From the NCBI GenBank assembly GCA_964561125.1, contig CAZLOQ010000012.1, positions 41 to 64,040 of the forward strand: 64,000 nucleotides of DNA, given 5' to 3'. Position 1 is the first letter of the stretch, and each line of letters opens with the position of its first letter. The notes beneath the pieces are model-generated. The model had not been told where the DNA came from and did no database searches. It saw only the letters and a list, made by a program, of their open reading frames with translations. Made by a program: the position numbers and the translations under genes. The stretch comes from an uncultured Chitinophaga sp. GTDB taxonomy: Bacteria; Planctomycetota; Planctomycetia; Planctomycetales; Planctomycetaceae. Of the stretch, positions 1 through 9,156 are shown piece after piece.

Positions 1-52
1 GCGCCAGCGAGAGTGCCGCCAGTCCCCGGATTCCTTTTGCCAGATGTTTCAT
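1..52 (-). CDS. Partial CDS, 5' end only (hypothetical protein, runs off the window edge)
   Basis: Reverse-strand ATG at 50-52 opens MKHLAKGIRGLAALSLA and stays open to position 1. It lies 44 nt downstream of the DUF962 gene on the same strand. Too short to classify. Confidence 0.2.
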   Translation of the reverse strand, partial: MKHLAKGIRGLAALSLA

Positions 53-96
53 GGAACGTCCCTGTCAGCTTCCAGACCACAGACTCTGCAATCGTT

Positions 97-414
97 TCAT
101 CGAACAGGACTGCTATCGTCGATTCCTTCGGAACACCTTGAGTATTCAGAGAGAGGGCCATATTCGGTATAAGGCTTTCCAAGCATTTTTCTGATAAACA
201 CAACCTCGCCTGCGTCGTTTCCCTCAACTGCGTGACCGGCAAACTGCAGCGCATATCCGGCAAAAAAACAGGAAACCACCCAATACCACTCAAGTCCACG
301 AACCAGCAGCACCACCGGCACAACAAATGTCAGCGGCACTCCCACCGCATGCAAACCCTGATTCCAGCGATTGCGGTGACGGGGCAGATAGTTTTGCAGA
401 AATCGCCTGAGCAT
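97..414 (-). CDS. DUF962 / Mpo1-like small membrane protein
   Basis: 105-aa ORF. The blocks RHRNRWNQGLHAVGVPL and LQFAGHAVEGND match my recollection of the DUF962 signature (H..N...H.(I/V)G(I/V)P ... GH..EG). Hydrophobic helices lie between them. Confidence 0.55.
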   Translation of the reverse strand: MLRRFLQNYLPRHRNRWNQGLHAVGVPLTFVVPVVLLVRGLEWYWVVSCFFAGYALQFAGHAVEGNDAGEVVFIRKMLGKPYTEYGPLSEYSRCSEGIDDSSPVR

Positions 415-575
415 CGAATTTTTCCCGGTGGTTCACTGCGAGTTGTGGGCAGCAGCCCGAATCTGCCTCTCTGCACCACGCGAACAAGGAAATTCTTCGA
501 AAACTCCCGCGAAATGCAAGAAATTTGCCCGTTCAGGGCTTGAGAATCCACCCTCGTCGAGGGAACAATGAACTT

Positions 576-986
576 ATGCAGCCCGCCCGCGCCCATTCAA
601 AACGAATCCTGCCAGTGATGGTCGCCATCCTGTTGTGTGTCGTTGCGCTCGGCGGACGCCCACTGCACCTGCTCGAACACTCCTCCTCGCCCCCCGGCCC
701 CGCCGCCATTCCCTCTGCCTGCGGCTGTGTGCATTACGCCCCTGTGAACAATCACTGCCTGCCAGTGCAGTCCGCCGACCCGAACTCCCTGCCGCCGCAG
801 GGCGATGACCACGACCCTGACCGCTGCAACATCTGCCTGACCTTCCTCCTGCAAAGCCTCCCGAACACCCTGCTGCAGACCGAACAGGTCGTTCCCATCG
901 AAGTTCGGCGAACGCTGCCGAACGACAGATTGCTGGCCAGTCCCCCATGGATTGCGGCAACAGCCCGCGGTCCCCCCCGTGACTGA
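576..986 (+). CDS. Hypothetical membrane-anchored Cys/His-containing protein
   Basis: In-frame ATG at 576 inside ORF 525..986. One N-terminal TM segment (ILPVMVAILLCVVALGG), then CGCVHY and HDPDRCNICL motifs. Strong C/G third-position bias typical of coding sequence here. No family recognised. Confidence 0.45.
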   Translation: MQPARAHSKRILPVMVAILLCVVALGGRPLHLLEHSSSPPGPAAIPSACGCVHYAPVNNHCLPVQSADPNSLPPQGDDHDPDRCNICLTFLLQSLPNTLLQTEQVVPIEVRRTLPNDRLLASPPWIAATARGPPRD

Positions 987-1111
987 AGCGACTCCCGGCG
1001 CACCCCCCTTTGTGTGCTGGTGCCCCCTTGCTGTCCGGCCGTATCCGACCTGCACACTGCAGCGTCCGGATCGCGGTCCCCGATTCTCGCTTCACACGTC
1101 AGGAAACCTCC

Positions 1112-2032
1112 ATGTCCCTTCGGCATTCCCGCCGCAGCCGCGGCTTTACGCTTATCGAACTGCTTGTTGTCATCGCCATTATCGCTGTGCTCGTGGCTCT
1201 GCTGCTTCCCGCTGTCCAGCAGGCTCGCGAAGCCGCGCGGCGGACGCAGTGCAAAAACAATCTCAAACAAATCGGTCTCGCGCTGCACAATTATCTTGAG
1301 ATTCATAAGGCATTCCCATCCGGCTGGATCGGAGTGAACACCTTCGGACTTCCCAGTGCCCATGACGGCGGCAGCGGTGCCGGCTGGGCCACCATGATCC
1401 TGCCGATGCTCGAACAACAGAATCTCTTCCAGCAGTTCCGGTCCGGACTGTATCTCACCGACCCTGCCAACGCGGCCTTTCTCTCCACCCAGCTGCCCAT
1501 GTATCGCTGTCCCTCCGATCCCCAGCCACCATACTTCGATCTCACCGAAGAAGATGGCACCGCCGTTCTCGCAAGACTCCCCGTGGCCAACTACATCGGC
1601 GTCTTCGGCACAGAAGAACTGCATGGCTGCGAGTACGATCCGGGAATCGCGCCTGTCAGTCCCAGCGGCCAATGCCTTGGTGACGGGATCTTCTTTCACA
1701 ACAGTCGCGTACGAATTGCGGACATCACGGACGGCACCAGCAACACTCTGATGGTCGGTGAACGTCGCACGGATCGCCTGCTCAACTGGTACTCCACCTG
1801 GCCGGGCATGATTGCCGAAGGTGAAGAAGCGTTCCAGCGGATTCTTGGAGTCGCCGATCACCCGCCGAATGATCCGCATCTCCATTTTGACGACTTCAGC
1901 AGTCCGCATACCGGTGGTGCACAGTTCGTGCTGGGTGACGGTTCCGTACGCTTCATCTCCTCCAGCATCGACGAGGGCCTTTACGGCGGACTGGCCACCA
2001 TCTCAGGTGGCGAAGTCCCCGGTGAATTCTAG
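1112..2032 (+). CDS. DUF1559 domain protein with prepilin-type N-terminal cleavage/methylation motif
   Basis: The ATG at 1112 gives MSLRHSRRSRGFTLIELLVVIAIIAVLVALLLPAVQQAREAARRTQCKNNLKQIGLALHNY. This is the canonical G-FTLIELLVVIAII pilin-like leader plus the DUF1559 start. A C-terminal H-GGA-VL-DGSVRF block is also typical. The track start at 1010 is an upstream extension. Confidence 0.9.
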   Translation: MSLRHSRRSRGFTLIELLVVIAIIAVLVALLLPAVQQAREAARRTQCKNNLKQIGLALHNYLEIHKAFPSGWIGVNTFGLPSAHDGGSGAGWATMILPMLEQQNLFQQFRSGLYLTDPANAAFLSTQLPMYRCPSDPQPPYFDLTEEDGTAVLARLPVANYIGVFGTEELHGCEYDPGIAPVSPSGQCLGDGIFFHNSRVRIADITDGTSNTLMVGERRTDRLLNWYSTWPGMIAEGEEAFQRILGVADHPPNDPHLHFDDFSSPHTGGAQFVLGDGSVRFISSSIDEGLYGGLATISGGEVPGEF

Positions 2033-2191
2033 CGGTCCACTGAGACTGGACACTTTCCCTCTGACTGCTGTTCAATCTACACTCTCCGCGTGGCCGGTCC
2101 CCCCAGGGTGCCGGCCACGCTGCCGTTTCCGCCGTCTCACAAACCCACCGCAACCGCGGCCGGAAACTCCACGCCCTGAAGGAACTTCAAA

Positions 2192-3739
2192 ATGCTCAGG
2201 CGACTCCTGTTGCTGATCTGTACCGGACTCTGCGGCCTGCCCTGGCAGCCCACTGCTGCCGTTACCGCTGCCGCTGCAGAAAAGCCGCTCAACGTACTCT
2301 TCATCATCGCTGACGATCTGAACAACAGTCTGGGCTGTTACGGTGACCCGCTCGTCCGCACTCCCAACCTCGACCGACTCGCCGCCCGTGGTACCCGATT
2401 TGACACCGCCAACTGCACGTTCCCGCTGTGTGGCCCCAGTCGAAATTCCCTGCTCACTGGTCTCTACCCGAATTCCACCGGAATTCTCGCCAACAGCCAG
2501 ATCTTCCGGCAGACGATTCCGGATTCTGTCAGTCTCCCGCAATGCTTCCGGCTGCAGGGCTGGTTCGCAGGCCGCATCGGCAAGCTCTACCACTACAACG
2601 TGCCGAATTCCGTCGGCACCGTCGGACATGACGATCCGGCATCCTGGGAACTGCAGCTCAACCCGGCCGGTGTCGACCGCACGCTCGAACATGACCGGAT
2701 TTTTTCGCTGGTGCCCGGACAGTTCGGCGGGACACTCAGCTGGTACGCCTCCCCGCACAGTGACCAGCATCACACCGATGCGCTCCAGGCAGCCGATGCT
2801 GAATGGGTCCTTGAACGCTGTGCCCGCCAGTCGCACCGCCCCTTCTTCCTCTCCGTCGGTTTCTTTCGCCCGCACACGCCCTACGTGGCCCCGAAGACCC
2901 CCTGGTTTGACATGTACGATGTCAACGCAATGCCCCTCGTCAGCAACGTCGAAACAGACCTCAACGATATCCCGCCACTCGCACTTGCCAGCCGCAAAAA
3001 TGAACAAACCAGAATGTCGGACGAGCAGCGTCAGCAGGCGCGGCAGGCCTACTACGCCAGCATCAGCTTTATGGATGCACAGGTTGGACGCATCCTCGAT
3101 GCACTCGATCGTCTGCAGCTCGCCGACCGCACCGTCATTGTCTTCACCAGTGACCACGGCTATCACCTCGGCGAACATGGACTCTGGCAGAAGCAGAGTC
3201 TGTTCGAAGAAAGCAGCCGCGTTCCGCTGATCATCGTGGCCCCCGGTACGCCGGCGAACAAGGTCTGCAGGACGCCCGTATCCCACGTTGATCTCTTCCC
3301 CACACTCACCGAACTCTGCGGTATTCAGCCCCCCGCAGGTCTGCAGGGACAAAGCCTTGTACCACTGCTTAACAACAGCGAAGCTGCCAGCCGTGGCTGG
3401 GCACTCACCCAGGTCGTCCGCGGAAATAACGCCGGAAACGCCGCCAAAAGGAAACAAGCCACCCCGAATACAGCTTCCGCCCGAATTTTCGGATACAGCA
3501 TCCGCACTCAGCGATTCCGCTATACGGAATGGGACAGCGGCCAGGCCGGCCGCGAACTCTACGATCACCAAACCGACCCGCAGGAACTCACCAACCTCGC
3601 CGACCAGCCGGATCAGGCTGCAACCGTCACGGACCTGGCCGCCCTGCTCCGCCACGCTGTCGACTCCTCCCTGCCGGATTCCGGAAAAATCCCCGAAATC
3701 CGGGACGGCCTCTGGGCACCGCTGCTTCTGAAACCCTGA
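2192..3739 (+). CDS. Sulfatase (iduronate-2-sulfatase-like), secreted
   Basis: Signal peptide, then NVLFIIADDL and the formylglycine motif C-G-P-S-R (FPLCGPSRNSLLTG). TSDHGYHLGEHG and a C-terminal ELYDHQTDPQELTNLA tail follow. Confidence 0.9.
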   Translation: MLRRLLLLICTGLCGLPWQPTAAVTAAAAEKPLNVLFIIADDLNNSLGCYGDPLVRTPNLDRLAARGTRFDTANCTFPLCGPSRNSLLTGLYPNSTGILANSQIFRQTIPDSVSLPQCFRLQGWFAGRIGKLYHYNVPNSVGTVGHDDPASWELQLNPAGVDRTLEHDRIFSLVPGQFGGTLSWYASPHSDQHHTDALQAADAEWVLERCARQSHRPFFLSVGFFRPHTPYVAPKTPWFDMYDVNAMPLVSNVETDLNDIPPLALASRKNEQTRMSDEQRQQARQAYYASISFMDAQVGRILDALDRLQLADRTVIVFTSDHGYHLGEHGLWQKQSLFEESSRVPLIIVAPGTPANKVCRTPVSHVDLFPTLTELCGIQPPAGLQGQSLVPLLNNSEAASRGWALTQVVRGNNAGNAAKRKQATPNTASARIFGYSIRTQRFRYTEWDSGQAGRELYDHQTDPQELTNLADQPDQAATVTDLAALLRHAVDSSLPDSGKIPEIRDGLWAPLLLKP

Positions 3740-3763
3740 TTGCCCACACACGGAATCCAACCC

Positions 3764-4717
3764 ATGAAATCACTCCGCCAGCAATCGCAGTTCACCCGAC
3801 GCCCGCTTGTCCTCATCGCCCTCTGCTCTCTGCTGGCCACCAGTCAGTGCACCGCCGCAGCTGCACTCCTGCCGCAGTCTCCCGCAGATGCCAGTCCAAC
3901 CGACCTCTGGAATGGACTGGCCCCCGGCGAAACGACTCGACACCCCGGAACTCCTCTCCCCCTCCGCCCGGACGAACAGCCACCAGTCACCCGCATCACC
4001 GCAATCACACAGCCCACACTCACCTTTTACCCGGCAAAACCCGCAACGCCCGCGGGACGGGCCGTGCTGATACTCCCCGGCGGTGGATTTCGTCGTGTGG
4101 TGGTGGACAAAGAGGGCAGCGAGATTGCAGCATGGCTCAACAGCCTCGGGATTTCCGCGTTCGTCCTCCGCTATCGAACCGCGGATGACTCCACGCAGAC
4201 TCCCTGGCTGAAGCCGCTCCAGGATGCACAGCGAGCGATGGCGCTCATCCGTGCGCGGGCTGCTGAATGGCAAATCGACCCCGATCGACTGGGTGTCGCC
4301 GGATTTTCGGCAGGCGGACAGACCGCAGCCAGACTGCTCGGCGATGGCGGCCGGCTGGCCTATGCACCTGCGGATGCAATTGACCAGCATTCCCATCGGC
4401 CCGATTTCGCCCTGCTGATTTATCCGTGGAATCTCTGGAACCCAGCTACAGACCAGCTCATCCCGGAACTGCAGATCTCTCCCGCACTCCCGCCTGTGTT
4501 TCTCATACACACCCACGATGACTCCGCGTCCTCACTCAGCTCCGCGCTGTTCTATGCGGAGCTGCGAAAGCACCGGGTCCCTGCGGAGCTGCATATCTTT
4601 GCCCGTGGCGGTCATGGCTATGGACTCCGCCCGATCCCCGGTTCCCGAATCAGTTCGTGGCCTGAGCTGGCAGGGCACTGGCTGAGCGGTCTGGATGCTG
4701 CAGGTCAGCAGCCCTGA
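3764..4717 (+). CDS. Alpha/beta hydrolase (esterase/lipase-type), secreted
   Basis: ATG at 3764 (the track start at 3740 is TTG). Signal peptide, oxyanion-type LPGGGF, nucleophile elbow GFSAGG, and late HTHDD and GGHGYG blocks. Confidence 0.75.
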   Translation: MKSLRQQSQFTRRPLVLIALCSLLATSQCTAAAALLPQSPADASPTDLWNGLAPGETTRHPGTPLPLRPDEQPPVTRITAITQPTLTFYPAKPATPAGRAVLILPGGGFRRVVVDKEGSEIAAWLNSLGISAFVLRYRTADDSTQTPWLKPLQDAQRAMALIRARAAEWQIDPDRLGVAGFSAGGQTAARLLGDGGRLAYAPADAIDQHSHRPDFALLIYPWNLWNPATDQLIPELQISPALPPVFLIHTHDDSASSLSSALFYAELRKHRVPAELHIFARGGHGYGLRPIPGSRISSWPELAGHWLSGLDAAGQQP

Positions 4718-4834
4718 TGTCCGCCGGGGCATTCCCGGAAAACGCTCGCGAATCCAGTGAGCCGTTCCGCAAACCCAGCGTTTTCAACAGCTGCTGCATT
4801 CAGGTTACTCAGGCTTTTTCCGAAAAGGTCCCGC

Positions 4835-5446
4835 ATGTCGCTCGAACCAGAAGGCTCCCCGGAATACTGGCCGCCGCTCGGCCTGCCCACCGGCAGCGTC
4901 CGCGCACTGCTCACACTGACCGTCGTCGGCATCGTCATTCAGGCGGTCGTCCGGGAACGCAGCCTCGACATCATCTGGACGGAAACACTCCTGATTGCAC
5001 TCGCCTGGTACTTCACATCCCGCCGCTTTGTGGCACTTCCGCCAGACGTGATTGAACAGCTGCAGCGGGAAGGCGTGATCGAGCGTGAGTCATCTCCGCT
5101 GTTTCTGCCAAGGCACAGTATTCGCGTGCTCCTGGCAGCCGCGTTCACGGCACTGGCCGTCTGGCTGTACCAGCAGGGCCGGCTCTTCACCACCCGCGAA
5201 TTTTCCCTGCTGCTGCTGGTTGCGGCTTTTGTGCTGGGGGCGATTCTGCAAAGCATTACGGGCTGGTTCGGCAAACGCCGACGCTCACGACCGTCCTCCC
5301 GCTGGGGCGACCTTAAGGCCCTTGCCGTACTCTCCGTAGTAGGACTCGCCGCCGCTGCTGAACTGCTCCCTGACCGCGGACCAATCCCTCAGGAATTTGA
5401 TCGCATCGCACTCGCCGCCATGCTCTTCTACTTCGGATCCCGCTGA
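4835..5446 (+). CDS. Hypothetical polytopic membrane protein
   Basis: ATG at 4835 inside ORF 4757..5446. About five hydrophobic helices and coding-like GC3. No recognisable motif. Confidence 0.5.
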   Translation: MSLEPEGSPEYWPPLGLPTGSVRALLTLTVVGIVIQAVVRERSLDIIWTETLLIALAWYFTSRRFVALPPDVIEQLQREGVIERESSPLFLPRHSIRVLLAAAFTALAVWLYQQGRLFTTREFSLLLLVAAFVLGAILQSITGWFGKRRRSRPSSRWGDLKALAVLSVVGLAAAAELLPDRGPIPQEFDRIALAAMLFYFGSR

Positions 5447-5451
5447 GCTCG

Positions 5452-6108
5452 TCAGCGAATTTCTGCTGCGCGCGCCAGATCCTCATCGCGACCTGCAACG
5501 ATCAGTGCATCCGATTCCTTGAGCACCAGGTCGGGGTCTGAGACAAAGGACATCCGGTCCGAAAGCACGTCATGGATGGCCACAACTGTGAGTCCGAAGT
5601 TCTGTCGCAGCGCAAGTGATCGCAGAGTCTTCCCGTTCCAGCTGGCGGGTACCCCCATTTCCTGAATGCTGAAGCCCGTGCCGATGGTGACATAGTTCAG
5701 CAGTCCGGAACCGGACATCCGTTTGCCCAGCGAAATCGCGGACTCCCGCTCGGGAAAAATCGTCTCCGACACCCCCAGCCGTTCCATCACGCGGGCATGA
5801 TCCCGCGAGATCACTTTGACGTAGACATCCCGGATCTCGAGGTCATGCAGAGCCATCGTAGTGAGGATACTGGCGGTGATGTCATCACCCGTGCTGACCA
5901 CAGCGGCATCGGCGCCGCGCGCCCCCAGACGCTCGAGGGTTGAAAGACTCCTCGCGTCCCCGACAGCAGCACGCGCCACGTAAGGCGCAATCCGCTCGAC
6001 TGCGTCTTCGTGGATGTCGATGGCAATCACTTCATGCCGCTGCGAGGCGAGCGATTCAGCGACGCTGGATCCGAAATTTCCAAGACCCACAACCACAAAT
6101 CGTTTCAT
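5452..6108 (-). CDS. TrkA/KtrA-type potassium-uptake NAD-binding subunit
   Basis: 218 aa. N-terminal Rossmann motif MKRFVVVGLGNFGSSVAESL followed by a TrkA-C-like half. Ends 3 nt from the TrkH/KtrB gene. Confidence 0.85.
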   Translation of the reverse strand: MKRFVVVGLGNFGSSVAESLASQRHEVIAIDIHEDAVERIAPYVARAAVGDARSLSTLERLGARGADAAVVSTGDDITASILTTMALHDLEIRDVYVKVISRDHARVMERLGVSETIFPERESAISLGKRMSGSGLLNYVTIGTGFSIQEMGVPASWNGKTLRSLALRQNFGLTVVAIHDVLSDRMSFVSDPDLVLKESDALIVAGRDEDLARAAEIR

Positions 6109-6111
6109 GAT

Positions 6112-7521
6112 TCAGCCCACCACGACATCTTCACTGGCATACCGAAAATCGCGAGCACCGCGGCGCGGCACAGTCAGCGCGGCGGCCAGCGTGAGCAGGC
6201 CCACGCGGCCGAAGAACATGAGCACGATCAGGTTCAGCTTGCCGACCACAGAGAGCTTCGCAGTGATGCCCATGCTTAAACCCACTGTATTAAAGGCACT
6301 GATCGCCTCAAACAAACACTCCGGCATCACGCCACCCTCTGACTTCATGCCACTCTCAGAAATCGTCAGCAGCAGCATGCCTCCCATGGCCGCAGCCGTG
6401 GCAATTGTGAACAGCCCCACCGCCCGATACGCGGTCTCTGCAGGAATCGTCCGGCACCAGACCGTTGTGAATTCCTGGCCACGCAGACGAGACCACGCAA
6501 GAATCAGCAGCAGAGCAACCGTGGTCGTCTTCAAGCCACCAGCCGTGGAACCCGGTGAACCACCAATAGTCATCAGGATCATGGTGAGCAGACTTGTGGC
6601 ATCCGTCGCCTGACTGTAATCGATCGAATTAAAACCGGCTGTTCGCGGCGTGATGCTCAGCAGCAGACCGTTGACAATGCGAACTGGCACCGGCAGGTGA
6701 CTCAATGTGTTGTCCCATTCCAGAATCGTCAGCGGCACCCACGCACCCACAATCAGCACGCACGTGGTTGTCAGCACAATTCGCGACTGCAGCGAAAATC
6801 GGCGCCTCCGCTGCTGACGCGAACGACGCAGAAATCCAAAAACTTCTTCGTGTGTCAGAAATCCCAGCCCCCCCAGCACAATCAGACCACTGATGGTCAG
6901 CAGTACGCCCGGAGAGTTCTGAAAGCCGATCAGGCTGTCAGAAAACGTGGAAAAACCAGCGTTGCAGAAGGCGCTGACAGAGTGAAAGACGGCTGGCCAG
7001 AGCGCTTCGCGCCAGCCCAGCGTCGGCCCCCAGCTGCACCACAGCAGAACCGCACCGGCAGATTCAAACATCAGCGTGTAACGCACAATGTTCCACGTGA
7101 TCTGGCCGGCTGAAAGGTGCGGAGCTGCCTCGGATGTGAAGATGCAGAGTGACTCTTCCCGCAGCGACAGACGACGCCCCAGGGCGGAAATGATCAGACT
7201 GGTAAAAGTGAGCACTCCAAGGCCGCCCAGCTGCACCAGAAACAACAAAAACGCCTCGCCCGCAAATGTCAGATGCGCCCCGGGGTCGATCACAGCAAGG
7301 CCCGTCACACAAACGGCACTGGTCGACATGAACAAAGCATCCAGCCACGTGAAGGGACCGGAAGCGCAGATCCCCGGGAGCAGTCGCAGGCCGAGCGCGC
7401 CCGCGAAAATCAGCGACGCAAAGGAAGCAATGAAAAGCTGGGGGGGGCTGAGCTTTTGCCAGAGTTGCAGCCGGGTGCCCTGCGGCAGATCCCAGCGGAA
7501 GCCCGCGACGCGGCGGTCCAT
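6112..7521 (-). CDS. TrkH/KtrB-family potassium transporter membrane subunit
   Basis: 469 aa from the ATG at 7521 (MDRRVAGFRW). Many TM helices with repeated pore-loop-like motifs (SAVCVTGL, SAFCNAGFS, TPRTAGFNS, IGGSPGSTAGGLK, FNTVGLSMG). Adjacent to the TrkA-like gene. Confidence 0.85.
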   Translation of the reverse strand: MDRRVAGFRWDLPQGTRLQLWQKLSPPQLFIASFASLIFAGALGLRLLPGICASGPFTWLDALFMSTSAVCVTGLAVIDPGAHLTFAGEAFLLFLVQLGGLGVLTFTSLIISALGRRLSLREESLCIFTSEAAPHLSAGQITWNIVRYTLMFESAGAVLLWCSWGPTLGWREALWPAVFHSVSAFCNAGFSTFSDSLIGFQNSPGVLLTISGLIVLGGLGFLTHEEVFGFLRRSRQQRRRRFSLQSRIVLTTTCVLIVGAWVPLTILEWDNTLSHLPVPVRIVNGLLLSITPRTAGFNSIDYSQATDATSLLTMILMTIGGSPGSTAGGLKTTTVALLLILAWSRLRGQEFTTVWCRTIPAETAYRAVGLFTIATAAAMGGMLLLTISESGMKSEGGVMPECLFEAISAFNTVGLSMGITAKLSVVGKLNLIVLMFFGRVGLLTLAAALTVPRRGARDFRYASEDVVVG

Positions 7522-7785
7522 GGTCAATTCACTGGACGAACAGAAAAAGTCCCGGAAAGTCGAGGCGGCCGGAAGACCCCCCGCCGGGCTGCCCGAGTGT
7601 CTCAGAAAATCCGGGAAAAGCAAGCCGGGGGTGAAAACCACAAAATCCAGTCAGCAGATTGTCAGGAATCTGCTGACACTGACTGCCGAAGTCGGTATGC
7701 TCCTGCTCCCCTCGCTTCGCTGCAGTACCCGAAAAGTGCGCCCGCAATCGCCTGTCTCTCCGCTCAAATCTCCAAAGACACCAAC

Positions 7786-9072
7786 ATGGCCCTCTCCGCC
7801 TGCACAGAAATCCTGCAACAGCTGGAAAGTCTCCGGCTCATCGATCCACACACGCACATCAACCCGCTGCAGCCCGCATCCCGCACTCTGGCTGATATTC
7901 TCGGCTACCACTACTACACCGAACTCGCCCATTCCGCCGGTATGCCCCGCAGCCGGATCGAACAGCCAGGACTCGACCCAAAGGAAAAAGTGGCCCGCCT
8001 GATCCCGTGGCTGGCGACCATCGAAAATACCGCCCAATACAGCTGGCTGCTCGAAATGTGCACCCGCTTTTTCAACTTCCCCCACGATCGACTCACAACC
8101 GACAACTGGGAAGCCCTCTACGATTCTTCCGCAGCCCGCATGGCTGACCCCGGCTGGGAACAGCACGTGCTCGAACTCTCCGGGCTCGATCAGGTCTACC
8201 TCACCAACGACTTTGACGACCCGCTCCAGGGCTTCAATACTCAGTTCTACGTCCCCTGTCTGCGCACCGATGACCTCGTCTTTCATCTGGCCCGCCCCGC
8301 CGTACAGCAGCGTTTTGCCGCTGCCACCGGCATCGTTCCCTCCTCCGCTGCCACTCTTCGAGACGGCATCGCACATCTTTTTCGGCACTTCCTCAGCAAC
8401 AACTGCCGCGCCTGCGCCATTTCCCTGCCCCCGGACTTCTCCCCCCAGTTCGTCAGCGACGCCGTCGCCGATCCACTCCTCGAAACCATCGCCCGCGGCC
8501 AGTCGCTCGATCACAGCCAGACCGCAACCCTCAGCTCCTTCGTCTTCATGACGCTGGCCGACTTCTGCAGCCAGCATCAGCTTCCCTTCGACCTGATGAT
8601 CGGTGTCAACCGCCGCGTGTACGAAAATGGTGTCTTCCAGGGACAGGATCTGTTCGATTCCCGCGTTTCCCTCGTGCAGTACAAAACTTTGTTTAACGCG
8701 TTCCCCAACGTGACCTTCCCCGTCTCGGTACTCGCCGAAACCAGCAATCAGGAGCTCGTCAGCTTCTCCTGGATTTTTCCCAACGTCGTCACCAGCGGTC
8801 ATTGGTGGTATTCCAATATTCCGGTCTACATTGAACGCGATACCCGCGCCCGGCTGCAGGCTGTTCCGGCCACCAAGCAGATCGGCTACTACAGCGATAT
8901 GTACAAACTCGAATTCGCCCTCCCCAAATTTGCCATGTACCGCCGCGTCCTCGCCAAAGTGCTCGCACAGGACTTCGTGGCCGACAAAGGCTGGAACATC
9001 GACAAAGCCGTCAGCCTCGGGCGACAGATTCTTCGAGGCAACGTGGAACAGATCTTCAATCGCCCCCGGTAA
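7786..9072 (+). CDS. Amidohydrolase-fold protein, glucuronate isomerase (UxaC)-like
   Basis: ATG at 7786 (MALSACTEILQQLESLRLIDPHTHINP). The metal-binding D-x-H-x-H start and overall layout (GYHYYTEL, LTNDFDDPL) resemble the short planctomycetal proteins annotated as glucuronate isomerase. Substrate not inferable. Confidence 0.45.
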   Translation: MALSACTEILQQLESLRLIDPHTHINPLQPASRTLADILGYHYYTELAHSAGMPRSRIEQPGLDPKEKVARLIPWLATIENTAQYSWLLEMCTRFFNFPHDRLTTDNWEALYDSSAARMADPGWEQHVLELSGLDQVYLTNDFDDPLQGFNTQFYVPCLRTDDLVFHLARPAVQQRFAAATGIVPSSAATLRDGIAHLFRHFLSNNCRACAISLPPDFSPQFVSDAVADPLLETIARGQSLDHSQTATLSSFVFMTLADFCSQHQLPFDLMIGVNRRVYENGVFQGQDLFDSRVSLVQYKTLFNAFPNVTFPVSVLAETSNQELVSFSWIFPNVVTSGHWWYSNIPVYIERDTRARLQAVPATKQIGYYSDMYKLEFALPKFAMYRRVLAKVLAQDFVADKGWNIDKAVSLGRQILRGNVEQIFNRPR

Positions 9073-9156
9073 TTCATCCACACACACTGTCCGACATCTC
9101 CCCCCCACCCGCATCAATCCTGCGACACCAATCCCCTGCTCCAACAGGAAGAACCT

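Noticed and set aside
2072-3760. 562-aa minus-strand ORF. Similar cases: 752..1909(-), 11017..12093(-), 25609..26760(-), 29095..30501(-), 20824..21915(+), 53326..54351(+), 56002..57249(+)
   Set aside because: Each is antisense to a gene with unambiguous motifs (sulfatase CxPxR, DUF1559, Gfo/Idh/MocA, CxxCH cytochrome, S4/LepA, radical SAM, DUF1552, DUF1592-type). None shows a recognisable domain.
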